A DNA stretch of 64,000 bases from Nitrospirales bacterium (GTDB taxonomy: Bacteria > Nitrospirota > Nitrospiria > Nitrospirales > UBA8639), in assembly GCA_963555755.3 (NCBI GenBank), contig OY820905.2, positions 3,360,001 to 3,424,000 of the forward strand, given 5' to 3'. Position 1 is the first letter of the stretch. Each line of letters starts with the position of its first letter. Below, piece by piece: positions 53,557-64,000 of this stretch. The notes below the pieces were generated by a model. That model had not been told where the DNA came from and did no database searches. It was given only the letters and a program-made list of their open reading frames with translations. The position numbers were made by a program, and so were the translations under genes.

Positions 53557-55407
53557 TCACCCCACCTGTTCCATCTGTTGTTTTTGGGTTTCAAGTTGAG
53601 AAGAGAGGTCTGACCACTTGTCCGTCAATACGTTGAGATCGCGCTTCCATTGTTCGTGTTCTTGATGGAGTTCATTCCAACGGGCAAAGTCTTGATACAG
53701 TTCGGGAGCCGCAAGTTCCGCTGCTCGGGTCTTGATCCGCTCCTCTAGGTCGGCAATCTCTTCTTCTGCGCGCGCGACTTGTTTCTCCAGCCGATTGATG
53801 GATTTGGTGATGTCTCGCCGATTGACTTTTTTCTCCTGAGGAGGGGGCTCTATGGGGGAAGCACCGTTGGTGTGTTTCTTCCGCTTCTTTTCCTTGAGGT
53901 TGGAAGCCTGTTGAGCTTCTTCTTGTTTCCGAAGTTCTTCGAGTTCCTTCGATCGTTTCCACAGATAATATTCGTAATCGCCGATATAATCCGTCAGCAC
54001 GCCTTCGTCAATGTCCACGACGCGTGTTGCCACCCGGCTCAAAAACGTCGGGTCGTGTGAGATGAACACAATCGTACCGGGAAAGATCGTCATTGCGTCG
54101 GTGAGCACATCAACGGAGCCGGGGTCTAAATGATTAGTCGGCTCGTCAAGCAGCAACGTGTTGGCCGGTTCTGCTAACATGCGAGCCAAGGCCACTCGAT
54201 TGCGTTCCCCTCCGCTCAACGCCTTGATGGGTTTTTTCTGATCATCCCCAGAGAAGAGAAACACCCCAGCGATGCTTCGCAAATAATTCGTTTCGGCTTG
54301 TCGCGCAGCTTCAGCCAAGGATTCTAAAATGGTGTGTTCAGGATTGAGAATTTCGGCTTGATGCTGCGCAAAGTAATGGAGCGAGACCCCATGCCCCTCC
54401 TTACGGGTGCCGGCCTCGAATTCCAACACGCCGGACAATATTTTTAATAAGGTACTTTTCCCTGCGCCGTTTTCACCAACCAGGGCCACACGCTGACCTC
54501 GTTCTACGGCAAAGTCCATGTTGTCGTAGACGACGTTTTCTCCGTATTGTTTTCTGATCCCCTGTAGGTCAAGAGGAAGTCTGCCGCTTGGTTTTGGCTC
54601 AGGGAATCGAAAACGAAGGCGCTTCGTATCGCGTTTGGTTTCAATGAGCTTCACCTTTTCCAATTGCTTGATCCGAGATTGAACCTGTTTAGCTTTATTG
54701 GCTTTGTACCGGAAGCGATCGACGAACTTTTGCACGCGGGCGACTTCTTTGGCCTGTCGTTGCGCAGCTGCGGATTGTTGGAGATCGAGTTGAAACCGGA
54801 GGTTTTGAAAATCGGAATAATTGCCACGGTACTCTTGAAGTTGCGCATCGCGAATTTCCCAAATGTGCGTGACCATTCGATCCAAAAACGCGGTATCGTG
54901 ACTGATGATCAGCATGGTTATTTTGGAATTCAGCAGGTAAGATTCCAACCATGCTTGAGTGGGTTTATCCAAATGGTTTGTCGGCTCGTCAAGCATTAAC
55001 ACGTCGGGATGGGAGAGGAGTAAATGCCCAAGGGCTACACGCATACGATAGCCCCCTGAAAAGGTTTCGAGCTTTCGGTCCCAGTCGCCTTCTCCAAAAC
55101 CCAGGCCGGAGAGTATCCGTTTGGCCTCATGCTCGGGATATTCGTCGCGGTGAGTGGCTTGTAGGACGGTCAGTTTGGTTGGGGCCTCGAGTTCTTGGGG
55201 AAGATAGCCAATGCGGAGCCAGGGGCGTTGTCGAATGGAGCCATCATCGGCTGTATTTTCACCAATGATCATTCGGAGGAGGGTGGTTTTTCCAGTCCCG
55301 TTTCGCCCCACCAAGCCGACTCGTGTTTCCGGACGCAAGTGCGCCGAGGCCGAAGAGAACAAGGTTTTGGTTGGAAACTCTTTGGTTAATTCTTCAATAT
55401 GAATCAT
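53557..55407 (-). CDS. ABC-F family ATP-binding protein
   Basis: Two ABC domains (GRNGTGKTT, GENGAGKST, LDEPTNHLD twice), no transmembrane segments, C-terminal coiled coil. Confidence 0.95.
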   Translation of the reverse strand: MIHIEELTKEFPTKTLFSSASAHLRPETRVGLVGRNGTGKTTLLRMIIGENTADDGSIRQRPWLRIGYLPQELEAPTKLTVLQATHRDEYPEHEAKRILSGLGFGEGDWDRKLETFSGGYRMRVALGHLLLSHPDVLMLDEPTNHLDKPTQAWLESYLLNSKITMLIISHDTAFLDRMVTHIWEIRDAQLQEYRGNYSDFQNLRFQLDLQQSAAAQRQAKEVARVQKFVDRFRYKANKAKQVQSRIKQLEKVKLIETKRDTKRLRFRFPEPKPSGRLPLDLQGIRKQYGENVVYDNMDFAVERGQRVALVGENGAGKSTLLKILSGVLEFEAGTRKEGHGVSLHYFAQHQAEILNPEHTILESLAEAARQAETNYLRSIAGVFLFSGDDQKKPIKALSGGERNRVALARMLAEPANTLLLDEPTNHLDPGSVDVLTDAMTIFPGTIVFISHDPTFLSRVATRVVDIDEGVLTDYIGDYEYYLWKRSKELEELRKQEEAQQASNLKEKKRKKHTNGASPIEPPPQEKKVNRRDITKSINRLEKQVARAEEEIADLEERIKTRAAELAAPELYQDFARWNELHQEHEQWKRDLNVLTDKWSDLSSQLETQKQQMEQVG

Positions 55408-55649
55408 GGCTTACGGTACGATCTGTCTTGACACGCTTCTGCTTGTGTAACATTCAGGAGAAAAACCCAACTGGGGTGAAAAACTGAATGTGGAATGAAG
55501 GCAGGAGGCGAGGAGAAAGGTAAATATTGCTTGCCCCAAATTTTTTTTGGAAATCTCTACAAGAAAGTCCGCCTTCGCCAAGGCTACGGCGGAGAGCTTT
55601 CGCTTCAATATTTGGTTGGCTTGCCAGCTGAAGCTCAAAGAGCGAAAGC

Positions 55650-55725
55650 TGGTGGAGCTGGCCGGGATTGAACCGGCGACCTCGTGAATGCCATTCACGC
55701 GCGCTCCCAACTGCGCCACAGCCCC
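55650..55725 (-). tRNA. tRNA-Ala(GGC)
   Basis: GGGGCTGTGGCGCAGTTGGGAGCGCGCGTGAATGGCATTCACGAGGTCGCCGGTTCAATCCCGGCCAGCTCCACCA; G3-U70 pair, encoded CCA. Confidence 0.97.
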
Positions 55726-56019
55726 ACGCAACCCGTTTTTTCGGTAAATTCGAAAAAAATCTTAACGGATTCGAATCTAACATGTAGGGTCACACCGGTC
55801 AAGAAAGAGGAGAATTTGAACATGTGTTGAGAAAATAAGTGGCAATACCTCAATGGCCTCTGATAGAAGAATAGAGCACACTAGGTAACCCACCTAGCAC
55901 TCAGTTTCTAATCTGTTTGACGTTTCTTTCTTCACCCTCGCCCCTGAGGGGAGAGGGTAGGGTGAGGGGATACAAGGTTTGGGTAAATCGCCAATCCCAA
56001 TGACAAAGGATGAATCAGA

Positions 56020-57432
56020 ATGACCAACGTTCGAGTTCGTTTTGCCCCAAGTCCAACAGGCTATCTCCATATTGGCGGAGTCCGGACGGCGTTATTTAAT
56101 TGGCTGTTCGCTCGGCATCACGGCGGGACCTTTGTGTTGCGCATTGAAGATACCGATCGGGCCCGATCCACCGATGAGGCCATCGAAGCCATTGTGCAAG
56201 GGATGCGATGGGTCGGGCTGGATTGGGATGAAGGTCCGCTTCGCCAGACTGACCGACTCGATCTGTATCGTGAAAAAGCCAAGGAGTTGTTAGATCAAGG
56301 CAAAGCCTATTGGTGTGTGTGTACGCCCGAAGAGTTAGAGGTGCGTCGTAAGGAAGCTCAGGCTAAGGGGGAGTCCAGTAAGTATGATGGCCGGTGTCGC
56401 GACAAGGGAATCACGTCACCGACTGGGCCAGCGGCGATGCGATTTAAATCTCCGCAAGAAGGCCAGACAATTGTTGACGATCTTATCAAAGGGAAAATTG
56501 TCTTCGAGAATACCGTGCTCGATGATTTGATTATTCTCCGATCGAATAACTATCCCACCTATAATTTCTCCGTGGTCATCGATGACGCGCTCATGAACAT
56601 CACCCACGTCATCCGTGGCGACGATCATGTGAATAACACCCCTCGGCAAGTGCCAATGTTTGAAGCCATGGGGTACCAGGTCCCCAAGTTCGCGCATTTG
56701 CCGATGATTCTTGGTTCGGATAAAGCGCGATTGTCCAAACGGCACGGCGCGACCTCGGTATTGGCCTATCAAGAAATGGGGTATTTACCGGAAGCGCTGG
56801 TGAATTATCTCGTGAGGCTTGGATGGTCTCATGGCGATCAAGAAATCTTTACGATTCAGGAACTGATCGAAAAGTTTTCGTTTGAGAATGTGCAATCGTC
56901 GGCTGCCGTGTTTAATCACGAAAAACTTCAATGGTTGAATGCCGAATATATTAAACAGGGTGATCCTCAACACATTGCCACGTTACTGGTCCCGTTCCTC
57001 ACACAACACGGGTATGATCCAAACGGACCGGTTCAACCACAAGGGGGCCTTGAGGCCGTTGTCCCGCATGTCAGAGAGCGCGCCAAAACTCTCGTCGAAA
57101 TGGCCGATTGGTTCATGCCGTTCATTACGGAGCCAGTCACGATGGATGAGGCAGCCGCGATCAAATTTCTTACGCCCGCAATTGCCCCAAGCCTCAAAAA
57201 GTTTGCCGAACGCATGAGCGTCGTAGATAGCCTATCCAAGGAAACACTCGATCCCGTCATACAATCTGTCCTGGAGGAAGATGGCCTCAAAATGGGCAAG
57301 TTTGCCCAACCCCTCCGCGTCGCGCTCACCGGACGAACCTTCAGCCCCGGCATTCATGAAGTGATGCAATTGCTAGGAAAAGACCGAACCCTGCATCGCA
57401 TTAACCAAGCCATTCAAAGAATACCCTCGTAG
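56020..57432 (+). CDS. gltX: Glutamate--tRNA ligase
   Basis: RFAPSPTGYLHIGG, LRIEDTD, IRGDDH, LSKRHGA. Confidence 0.97.
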   Translation: MTNVRVRFAPSPTGYLHIGGVRTALFNWLFARHHGGTFVLRIEDTDRARSTDEAIEAIVQGMRWVGLDWDEGPLRQTDRLDLYREKAKELLDQGKAYWCVCTPEELEVRRKEAQAKGESSKYDGRCRDKGITSPTGPAAMRFKSPQEGQTIVDDLIKGKIVFENTVLDDLIILRSNNYPTYNFSVVIDDALMNITHVIRGDDHVNNTPRQVPMFEAMGYQVPKFAHLPMILGSDKARLSKRHGATSVLAYQEMGYLPEALVNYLVRLGWSHGDQEIFTIQELIEKFSFENVQSSAAVFNHEKLQWLNAEYIKQGDPQHIATLLVPFLTQHGYDPNGPVQPQGGLEAVVPHVRERAKTLVEMADWFMPFITEPVTMDEAAAIKFLTPAIAPSLKKFAERMSVVDSLSKETLDPVIQSVLEEDGLKMGKFAQPLRVALTGRTFSPGIHEVMQLLGKDRTLHRINQAIQRIPS

Positions 57433-57632
57433 TGGATATTTTCAGTATTTCCTCGCCCACTTTTACGTGGCGAGGAGAAAGGAAAGGGGGCAAGAGGCAC
57501 CCTTAGCAATATTGCCAGTTGATAAATGCCTTGGTTGTCCCTCGCCCCTTTGGGGAGAGGGTAGGGTGAGGGGTTCTTCCCATCATCTGTTTCTTGACTC
57601 AGATAAGAGGCTCCATTAAGCTTTTCAGAGGA

Positions 57633-57706
57633 TGGGGGATCGTCTAAGGGTAGGACGTCAGATTCTGGTTCTGGCTGTGAGGGTTCGAATCCTTCTCCCC
57701 CAGCCA
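57633..57706 (+). tRNA. tRNA-Gln(CTG)
   Basis: TGGGGGATCGTCTAAGGGTAGGACGTCAGATTCTGGTTCTGGCTGTGAGGGTTCGAATCCTTCTCCCCCAGCCA. Confidence 0.96.
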
Positions 57707-57790
57707 CCCTTCATTTTTAACCCGTTGAGCGAGCAGGCCGAACGGTTTTTTGTAGTTAGGACGCAGACTTCCGTTAGTCAGGGTGCAGTT

Positions 57791-58120
57791 CTATAGTAAA
57801 ACATTCAGTAAACGACGTTGCTCGTGTGGGGTTTGTTGAAGGTATAGTGAATAGGCTCGTTCATTCTGATGGCTTGCGCGCGGGGCTTCCTTGATCCACT
57901 CCACTTTGTCTCCGTCGATTTCAATTGCCCGTACCAGTTCCCCCAACAGTCCTTGTAGCTTTTCCTCTCGAAGGGTGGCTTCGCCGCACTTGCCCTTACA
58001 TCCGGTACAACGATAATAAATGTATCGGCCTTTCTTTATTTCTGCCGTGATCGCACACCCACACCTTCCGCACGACACGAGTCCGGTAAACGCAAAAGAC
58101 CGGCCTGCCCGTCTTTTTGG
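57791..58120 (-). pseudogene. Large serine recombinase fragment (zinc-ribbon region)
   Basis: FAFTGLVSCGRCGCAITAEIKKGRYIYYRCTGCKGKC; catalytic domain absent; adjacent to tRNA 3' end. Confidence 0.75.
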
Positions 58121-58194
58121 CTTATTGTGCCGACAAAAAGCTTCCTACAAGTTTTCCAAAATTCATGACTCACAAGGGGGGGGCGCACCTTGGT

Positions 58195-58375
58195 ATCGTT
58201 GCCCATTCCAATTTGCTACAAGGGGTTGATGCACAGGGGTGGCGGAAGGCCCTGTGCGAGAAAAATGTTCTTCAGGCAGGCAACTCGGCGACTGTAGGGC
58301 GGTTGGGCGGGTTGATTCGGAGGCGGCTGGGAATGATGGAGCCGAACTTATGGCAGCTCATTTGCGATGGATCAC
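58195..58375 (+). pseudogene. BREX BrxA (DUF1819)-like fragment
   Basis: LLQGVDAQGWRKALCEKNVLQAGNSATVGRLGGLIRRRLGMMEPNLWQLICDGS resembles the BrxA N-terminal half. Confidence 0.6.
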
Positions 58376-58498
58376 TAATCCCACCCTGGCTTCCGGTTCA
58401 ACTCCCGAACCGGCACTCTTCCTTCGCCCATTTCCCCTCCCCACACGCCACAAGGGATCGAAATACTTGGCACCAGCTTTGGGCACAGGAGGTGTGTC

Positions 58499-58567
58499 AT
58501 GTCGAAACGACGACGTTACACCAAACAGTTCAAAGAAAAGGCCCTTCGGTTGGTGAGCCAGAAGTAA
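58499..58567 (+). pseudogene. IS3-family transposase OrfA N-terminal remnant
   Basis: AGGAGG, then MSKRRRYTKQFKEKALRLVSQK*. Confidence 0.65.
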
Positions 58568-59245
58568 GGTGTCGAAGTCCGAAATATCCGGCTTGGCCAG
58601 TAAGGTGCCCTGAATCCTCTTCAGGTGCTTGAGGCCAAAGGTCAGCCAAAAACCCGACAGAGATACGTTCCAAAGAAACAAGGACCGTCCCGAACAACCT
58701 CAAGAAAACTTCCAAAACTGAGCAACTATTCTTGCAAGAATAACGAAACAAGGACCAGGTGCCAACACGGCCTACATTTAGACACAATCTTGAACAAAAT
58801 AGCGCAATCCCATACCCCAGACTGCAAGATTCATCTTGCCATTAAAACCTGGAGTTATTCATTGATTTACCGATGAATTTCTCCTTAACAAGTTCTGGAA
58901 CCTGCCGAAGAAATACTCAGGTTGAGTTTCGATAAGGGCCACCCCATTCGAAAGAATGGGTGCGCAAAATCACCGGTCTACGAGGCCTCAGGCCTTAGGA
59001 CAGCGGGATTGCCGGAACTTCCAGAGTCATGCATCCTTTTGGAAAAATGGTGAATGCACGGCTTCACCATTTTCATGCAATCCCTTCCGGCTCCGCTCCC
59101 CGAACGCCAAACGGCTTCTTATCGACCTCTTCCGGCAGTGCTACAACTCGAAAATGAATGAAGTTAGGACAATCAGGGATCATGGGGTTTGCCTTCCTGA
59201 GGCAACCGAGATCTCCAAGAGCCTGATTATTCTCAGGGTGACGCA

Positions 59246-60973
59246 ATGGAAATCAACGGGTTTGGCAGTCTCATTTATGGCAATCCGTATCGCCGCGTCT
59301 TCATACGTGAAGCTGATGCTCTACTGGCCAAACGTCTAGAACGTCTAGAGGGAGCAATTGGTGCCACGACCCAACCGGCTGAGACCCGTGACCAATTGCT
59401 TCGGCTCAGACGACAAGTCGTCGAACTTCGAAAGGCCCTTGAGACGAACAATCAACCGGTACGGCTCGCCCGGACATTTTCGTTTGGCTCCGCGCCGATC
59501 GCCGCCACTGCCACCTCTGCCATAAATTTAAACCTGGGAGCAACAATTCCCTTAACAGCTGCTACGTTGGAGTCCACGGAAGAAGTGAATACCACGGCCA
59601 CCTCCTTCACGCCATTTGGCCCAAACTTTACCGGTGCCTCCACTGCCGAGGCCACGATCGGCGGGATCTACGATGGATCCAACGGTACCGCCACCCTGAC
59701 TTTCAGAGTAACTAAAGGAGGGACTCATGGTGAGAAAACCATCCACGTCCGAGTCTATGACCCCGCTGAGGTAGAAATCGACTTCTTCAATATCAAGTCG
59801 AATCACCCCATCAACACGGTATATACCCTTGCTAACGGGTTGACCTTCACCCTGGGGGCAGGGGACGCCATCCAAAACGACGAGTTTACCATCCAGGTCT
59901 TCGATTCCGTGGGTAGTGCCGTCGATCCGGACAAGCCCTTCGACGGCATCAGAAACCAGAACCCCAACTTTGAGAATGGGTTGAGTCTCACGGCCGGGTC
60001 CTTCGACGTGAACAGCGAGACCATTACTGTCCTCGCCACTGATACGATCAACTCCATCCTCGGGAAGATTACTTCCTCCAATGCGGGGGTGACTGCGACA
60101 TTCGATTCCCAAACCGAAAAAATCCTGCTCACTCAAAACACGCTGGGGTCCAGCCCGACGATCGTCCTCGACAATGACTCTTCCGGCTTCCTGGCCGCCA
60201 CCAAATTGGCGGCAGCCGCCGTCGTTCCAGGAACGGATGTGGAAGGTACCCCGGATGATATTCTCTCCATCACTACCGGGTTCGCGTCCGTCATCAATGG
60301 GTCAATTCTTATCAATGGGGAATCGATCGCGATTGATGTCGGAAGCGACTCGCTCAACGATGTGCTAGCCAACATTAATGCCTCTGCCGCGGGTGTAACG
60401 GCCAGCCTGATCAATGGGGGGCAGAAGATCTCGATTGTTGCCACTTCCCTCACCGGTCAGATCATCTTGAACGGGAACGGAACCGGATTTTTCACCGCGT
60501 CAGAAATTACTGAAACGACCTACAATCCGAATAAAGGCCAGCTTCACCGTGTCACTCGCAAAGGTCTGACGGATCGGCGTTCCCAACAACTCACCCGATC
60601 GTTGCGGGAAGTAGCCCATACCTTGAATCCGATTTTTGACGAGGCGAAGAGCGCAGGGAGCCTGGGGGCTTCTCTCATCCAACTGCGCGCCAATCTCAAA
60701 GGCGCCATCGTCGGGTCAAGTGGCTCAAAATTGGACACTGACTTTGGGATCAACTTCGATTTTGGAATGAGAACCAACACGGTGTTTGCCTTTTCCCGTG
60801 CCAACCAGGATCAACTGACTGCCAGCCTTCGGCGGAAACCTAATGCCGCCCATACATTGTTGTTCGCCGACAAAGGCCTCATCTCGCGATTATTGGCTGT
60901 CATCCAACAAGCCGAACAGGAATTAAATGCCGCGCTCGGGTCAAGCGGAACCTTCGTCGACGTATTCGCGTAA
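59246..60973 (+). CDS. Flagellar cap/flagellin-like protein with hook-IN-type domains
   Basis: GSFDVNSETITV..DTINSILGKI...GVTATFD and GSILINGESIAID..DSLNDVLANINA..AGVTAS; helical termini; ends GTFVDVFA. Confidence 0.65.
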   Translation: MEINGFGSLIYGNPYRRVFIREADALLAKRLERLEGAIGATTQPAETRDQLLRLRRQVVELRKALETNNQPVRLARTFSFGSAPIAATATSAINLNLGATIPLTAATLESTEEVNTTATSFTPFGPNFTGASTAEATIGGIYDGSNGTATLTFRVTKGGTHGEKTIHVRVYDPAEVEIDFFNIKSNHPINTVYTLANGLTFTLGAGDAIQNDEFTIQVFDSVGSAVDPDKPFDGIRNQNPNFENGLSLTAGSFDVNSETITVLATDTINSILGKITSSNAGVTATFDSQTEKILLTQNTLGSSPTIVLDNDSSGFLAATKLAAAAVVPGTDVEGTPDDILSITTGFASVINGSILINGESIAIDVGSDSLNDVLANINASAAGVTASLINGGQKISIVATSLTGQIILNGNGTGFFTASEITETTYNPNKGQLHRVTRKGLTDRRSQQLTRSLREVAHTLNPIFDEAKSAGSLGASLIQLRANLKGAIVGSSGSKLDTDFGINFDFGMRTNTVFAFSRANQDQLTASLRRKPNAAHTLLFADKGLISRLLAVIQQAEQELNAALGSSGTFVDVFA

Positions 60974-61617
60974 CCTTACACCGTGTTTTGATAACTGCAT
61001 GCATACAGGATCAACAGAAAAAACCGGCGTTGTTGCATAATTGGCCCATAATGTTAGGTGTCGTGACAATGGCTCATGGCCCACAACGCATATACCTTCC
61101 GATGGTATTGTCACCTTAACGAAAATTCCACCCTGAGCACACAATTCCCCCCAAGATAATCCATTGATTTATCAGGGATTACGCTGTGTCCTCCACAGGT
61201 TCAAGCAGCCAAAGTTGACAATGCCGCCCTATGACATGGAATCACTCGGTGTGTGGGGAAGTTGAAGTAGGCCCTGGATCTCAATACGCGTGTGGCCATG
61301 GCTCAAGAGGTATTAACTCACATCCTGCCACCACAATCGGGTGTAGGATCCCCAAAGTCCGTGCAAGCTCTTGGCACCTGGCAAAATAAAAATTGGTCTC
61401 ATCATTACCGATGTGATCGCAAATTTTTGAATTTCACCATACACCAAAATTTTTACACGTCTGTTAAATGTTCAACTGCCGTTTCTAGGTTGAAAGTGAT
61501 AGCGCGTCTATTTTCTCACGACTGAACCCTACCCCAGTTTTTGCAGGTCCACATCCCTCCCTATTCCTTCAAACTCTGATTTTCAGGGATGGGTCAAACC
61601 TGGTATAACGATGGACC

Positions 61618-64000
61618 ATGCGCGTTTTTAAGGTTCTCAGAATTCTGGTCTTTATCGCCCTGGGACTGATCGCACTGTATGCCGGCATTGGGTTTCTTGG
61701 CGTGCCCTGGGCCGTGAAGAAATATGGCGTACCGGAAGTCTCAAAAATACTTGACCGTCCGGTGATGTTGAGAAATATCGCCTTCGATCCCTTTGCCTTT
61801 AAGCTCAAGCTCGAGGGATTTGAAATTCAAGAAACGGACGGGTCGCCTCTGATCGGCTTCGAACAATTGTTTGTGAATTTCGAGGCAGCATCCGTTTTGG
61901 CCGATGCGTATCGATTCGATATCATTCGTCTGAGTCGCCCCTTTGGACTGGTCAAAATCCTTGAAGACGGACGGCTCAATCTTGCCCAACTTGGGAGCCA
62001 AGAAAATTCTGCCGAGCCTTCCGTTCCCGAGACAGAAGAGCCTACTGGCGATCCATCTGAAGACAAGCCAATCTTTTTTAATATCGGCCTGTTTTCCATC
62101 GAGCAGGGTGCCGTGGAGTTTCGCGATGAATCCAAGCCCAAGCCCTTTGTCGCTGACCTCGTGCCGATTCAGATTAAATTGAGAAATTTTAGCACGCGTC
62201 CCGGGAATCAAAATTCCTACTTTGTGGCAGCAGAATTGGGAGAGGGCGAACGTCTGCGGTGGCAGGGCAATGTGTCCCTCGACCCCATTCGCTCCCAAGG
62301 CCAGGTAGAAATCACCGGCCTTCGAGCCGAGACTATTTGGCTATACGTTCAAGATCTGTTTCGATTTGAGATTACTCAAGGCCTGTTGGATTTTGAAATG
62401 GCTTATGACGTGGATATGGGGAAAGAACCCATGGGGGTGGTGTTGGATAAGGGAACCATCACGTTGCGGAATTTTGCGCTTCGTGAAAAAGGGCAACCCG
62501 ATGAGTTGATTGTGGTGCCGTCATTTTCAATCAGAGGGCTTGAGGCCAACATGGGGACTCGGCAGGTTTCCGTGGATTCGATTCAATCCCGTGGAACCGA
62601 GGTGCGGGGATGGATCAACCAGGACGGAACGGTGAATTATCAATCGTTGTTTGCCAGCCAGGAAGAATCTGCGATCCCTGATGATGGTGAATCCAATCCG
62701 CCGCAGGTCACCGAGTCAGATGAATCGCCGTGGTCAGCCACGATCAAGCAAATTTCTTTGGAGGAGTACACCGTACGGTTCGAAGATCGGCAGCCTAGCA
62801 CTCCGGTCCTCTTCCTTATCGAAAACTTCGGGCTGCACGTTCAAAATGTTACCACGGATATGAGCAAACCGATTGCACTGAAATTGGGTTTCACGTTCAA
62901 CCAATCGGCCCAATTGGCGGTGAGTGGACATGTGACTCCAGAGCCACCGGCCGTGGACCTGAAGCTGGATCTTTCAGACTTGGCCTTTACACCTTTTCAA
63001 CCATACCTTGACCCAGTTGTTCCATTTCAACTTGAGCGCGGGACTCTATCTGTGAAAGGCCATACTACCATTCAGGCTGAAGAAGGAAAGGACTCGACGG
63101 TTCGGTTTTCCGGGGATGTGACCATCGATGACTTTGCCCTGGTCAATGCCGGGGCTTCCGAAGAAATTTTGAAATGGGAACAATTAGCCTTTCAGGGAAT
63201 GGTCGTGGATTCTCAGCCAGCCCGTATGGGCTTGCGCGAGATTGTCGTGACGCTTCCCTATGCCAAAGTCGTGCACAGTGAAGACGGTATCTTTAATGTT
63301 TCACGATTATTCTCGCCGCCGGGATCCCAGCCGAGTGAATCCGATATCGGGGATACGGCATTGGAGGCAAAGGGGGTAGAGGAAAATCAGGAATCTTCCA
63401 GTGACGGCGAAGAAGATGTGGAGCCGTCGCCGCTCATTACGATCGATACGATACAAATTCACAACGCGGCAATTGATTTTACGGATCTGGCTATTGATCC
63501 CAATGTGGTGACCGGGATTCAAAACTTCTCTGGAACCATTCAGGGGCTTTCTTCGAAGGAGCTGTCCAAGGCAGATGTTTCGCTAAAAGGACGAGTGGAT
63601 AATGTCGCCACGATCAAGATTCAGGGACAAGTCAATCCGTTGCAGGATGATCTCTATACGGATTTGACCTTGGTGCTTCAGAATCTCGATTTAACCACGG
63701 TGTCGCCCTATGCGGGGAAATTTATGGGGTACCCCATCACCAAAGGCAAGCTGTCGATAGACTTGGAGTATAGTTTGTCTGAAAAAATATTGATTGGTGA
63801 GAATACAGTTCACATCGATCAATTAACCTTAGGCGATGCGACGGACAGTCCTGATGCGCCATCCTTACCAATCCCTTTGGCGTTGGCCTTGTTGAAGGAT
63901 CGAGATGGTCGAATCGATATTGAATTGCCCGTGCGGGGCGATTTGAATAATCCGGAATTTAGTTATGGGCAATTGGTGCTGCAAACCCTTGTGAATCTTA
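61618..64000 (+). CDS. DUF748 (AsmA-like) domain protein (3' end outside window)
   Basis: Manual translation MRVFKVLRILVFIALGLIALYAGIGFLGVPW...FDPF...SPYAGKFMGYPITKGKLS...LALALLKDRDGRIDIELPVRGDLNNPEFSYG. Confidence 0.9.
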   Translation, partial: MRVFKVLRILVFIALGLIALYAGIGFLGVPWAVKKYGVPEVSKILDRPVMLRNIAFDPFAFKLKLEGFEIQETDGSPLIGFEQLFVNFEAASVLADAYRFDIIRLSRPFGLVKILEDGRLNLAQLGSQENSAEPSVPETEEPTGDPSEDKPIFFNIGLFSIEQGAVEFRDESKPKPFVADLVPIQIKLRNFSTRPGNQNSYFVAAELGEGERLRWQGNVSLDPIRSQGQVEITGLRAETIWLYVQDLFRFEITQGLLDFEMAYDVDMGKEPMGVVLDKGTITLRNFALREKGQPDELIVVPSFSIRGLEANMGTRQVSVDSIQSRGTEVRGWINQDGTVNYQSLFASQEESAIPDDGESNPPQVTESDESPWSATIKQISLEEYTVRFEDRQPSTPVLFLIENFGLHVQNVTTDMSKPIALKLGFTFNQSAQLAVSGHVTPEPPAVDLKLDLSDLAFTPFQPYLDPVVPFQLERGTLSVKGHTTIQAEEGKDSTVRFSGDVTIDDFALVNAGASEEILKWEQLAFQGMVVDSQPARMGLREIVVTLPYAKVVHSEDGIFNVSRLFSPPGSQPSESDIGDTALEAKGVEENQESSSDGEEDVEPSPLITIDTIQIHNAAIDFTDLAIDPNVVTGIQNFSGTIQGLSSKELSKADVSLKGRVDNVATIKIQGQVNPLQDDLYTDLTLVLQNLDLTTVSPYAGKFMGYPITKGKLSIDLEYSLSEKILIGENTVHIDQLTLGDATDSPDAPSLPIPLALALLKDRDGRIDIELPVRGDLNNPEFSYGQLVLQTLVNL

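Noticed and set aside
58884..58911. Sigma-28 promoter for the flagellar-like gene
   Set aside because: TTAA-N15-GCCGAAGA is only a partial match and lies about 340 bp upstream; not supportable by eye.

Overview
Bacterial chromosomal segment of roughly 50% GC. Gene content suggests a Nitrospira-like member of Nitrospirota (inference). Housekeeping genes: ruvA, yebC, fmt, rsmA, mdh, purE, folE, rarA, gltX, tRNA-Ala(GGC) and tRNA-Gln(CTG). It also holds a 2M-type complex I operon (nuoABCDGIJKLMMN, lacking nuoE/F/H), a separate nuoF-like/ferredoxin/PTPS/folE operon, an ergothioneine-type synthesis plus uptake cluster, a fused ECF transporter, a BacNav-type channel with a TLEDWTD filter and a large NorD/CbbO-like VWA protein. 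There are two decayed accessory regions. The first (about 30.6-34.7 kb) is type III R-M and toxin-antitoxin debris around an intact GHKL kinase-like/STAS/PIN three-gene cassette, the best candidate for an undescribed system. The second (about 57.8-58.7 kb) follows tRNA-Gln and carries serine-integrase, BrxA and IS3 fragments. Intergenic DNA is dense with palindromic repeat families: a 7-copy element with compensatory base changes, heptamer-repeat hairpins, a four-helix-bundle gene bracketed by inverted heptamer arrays, and a REP-like palindrome also inserted in frame within a gene. All calls come from motif recognition by eye; no database searches were run.
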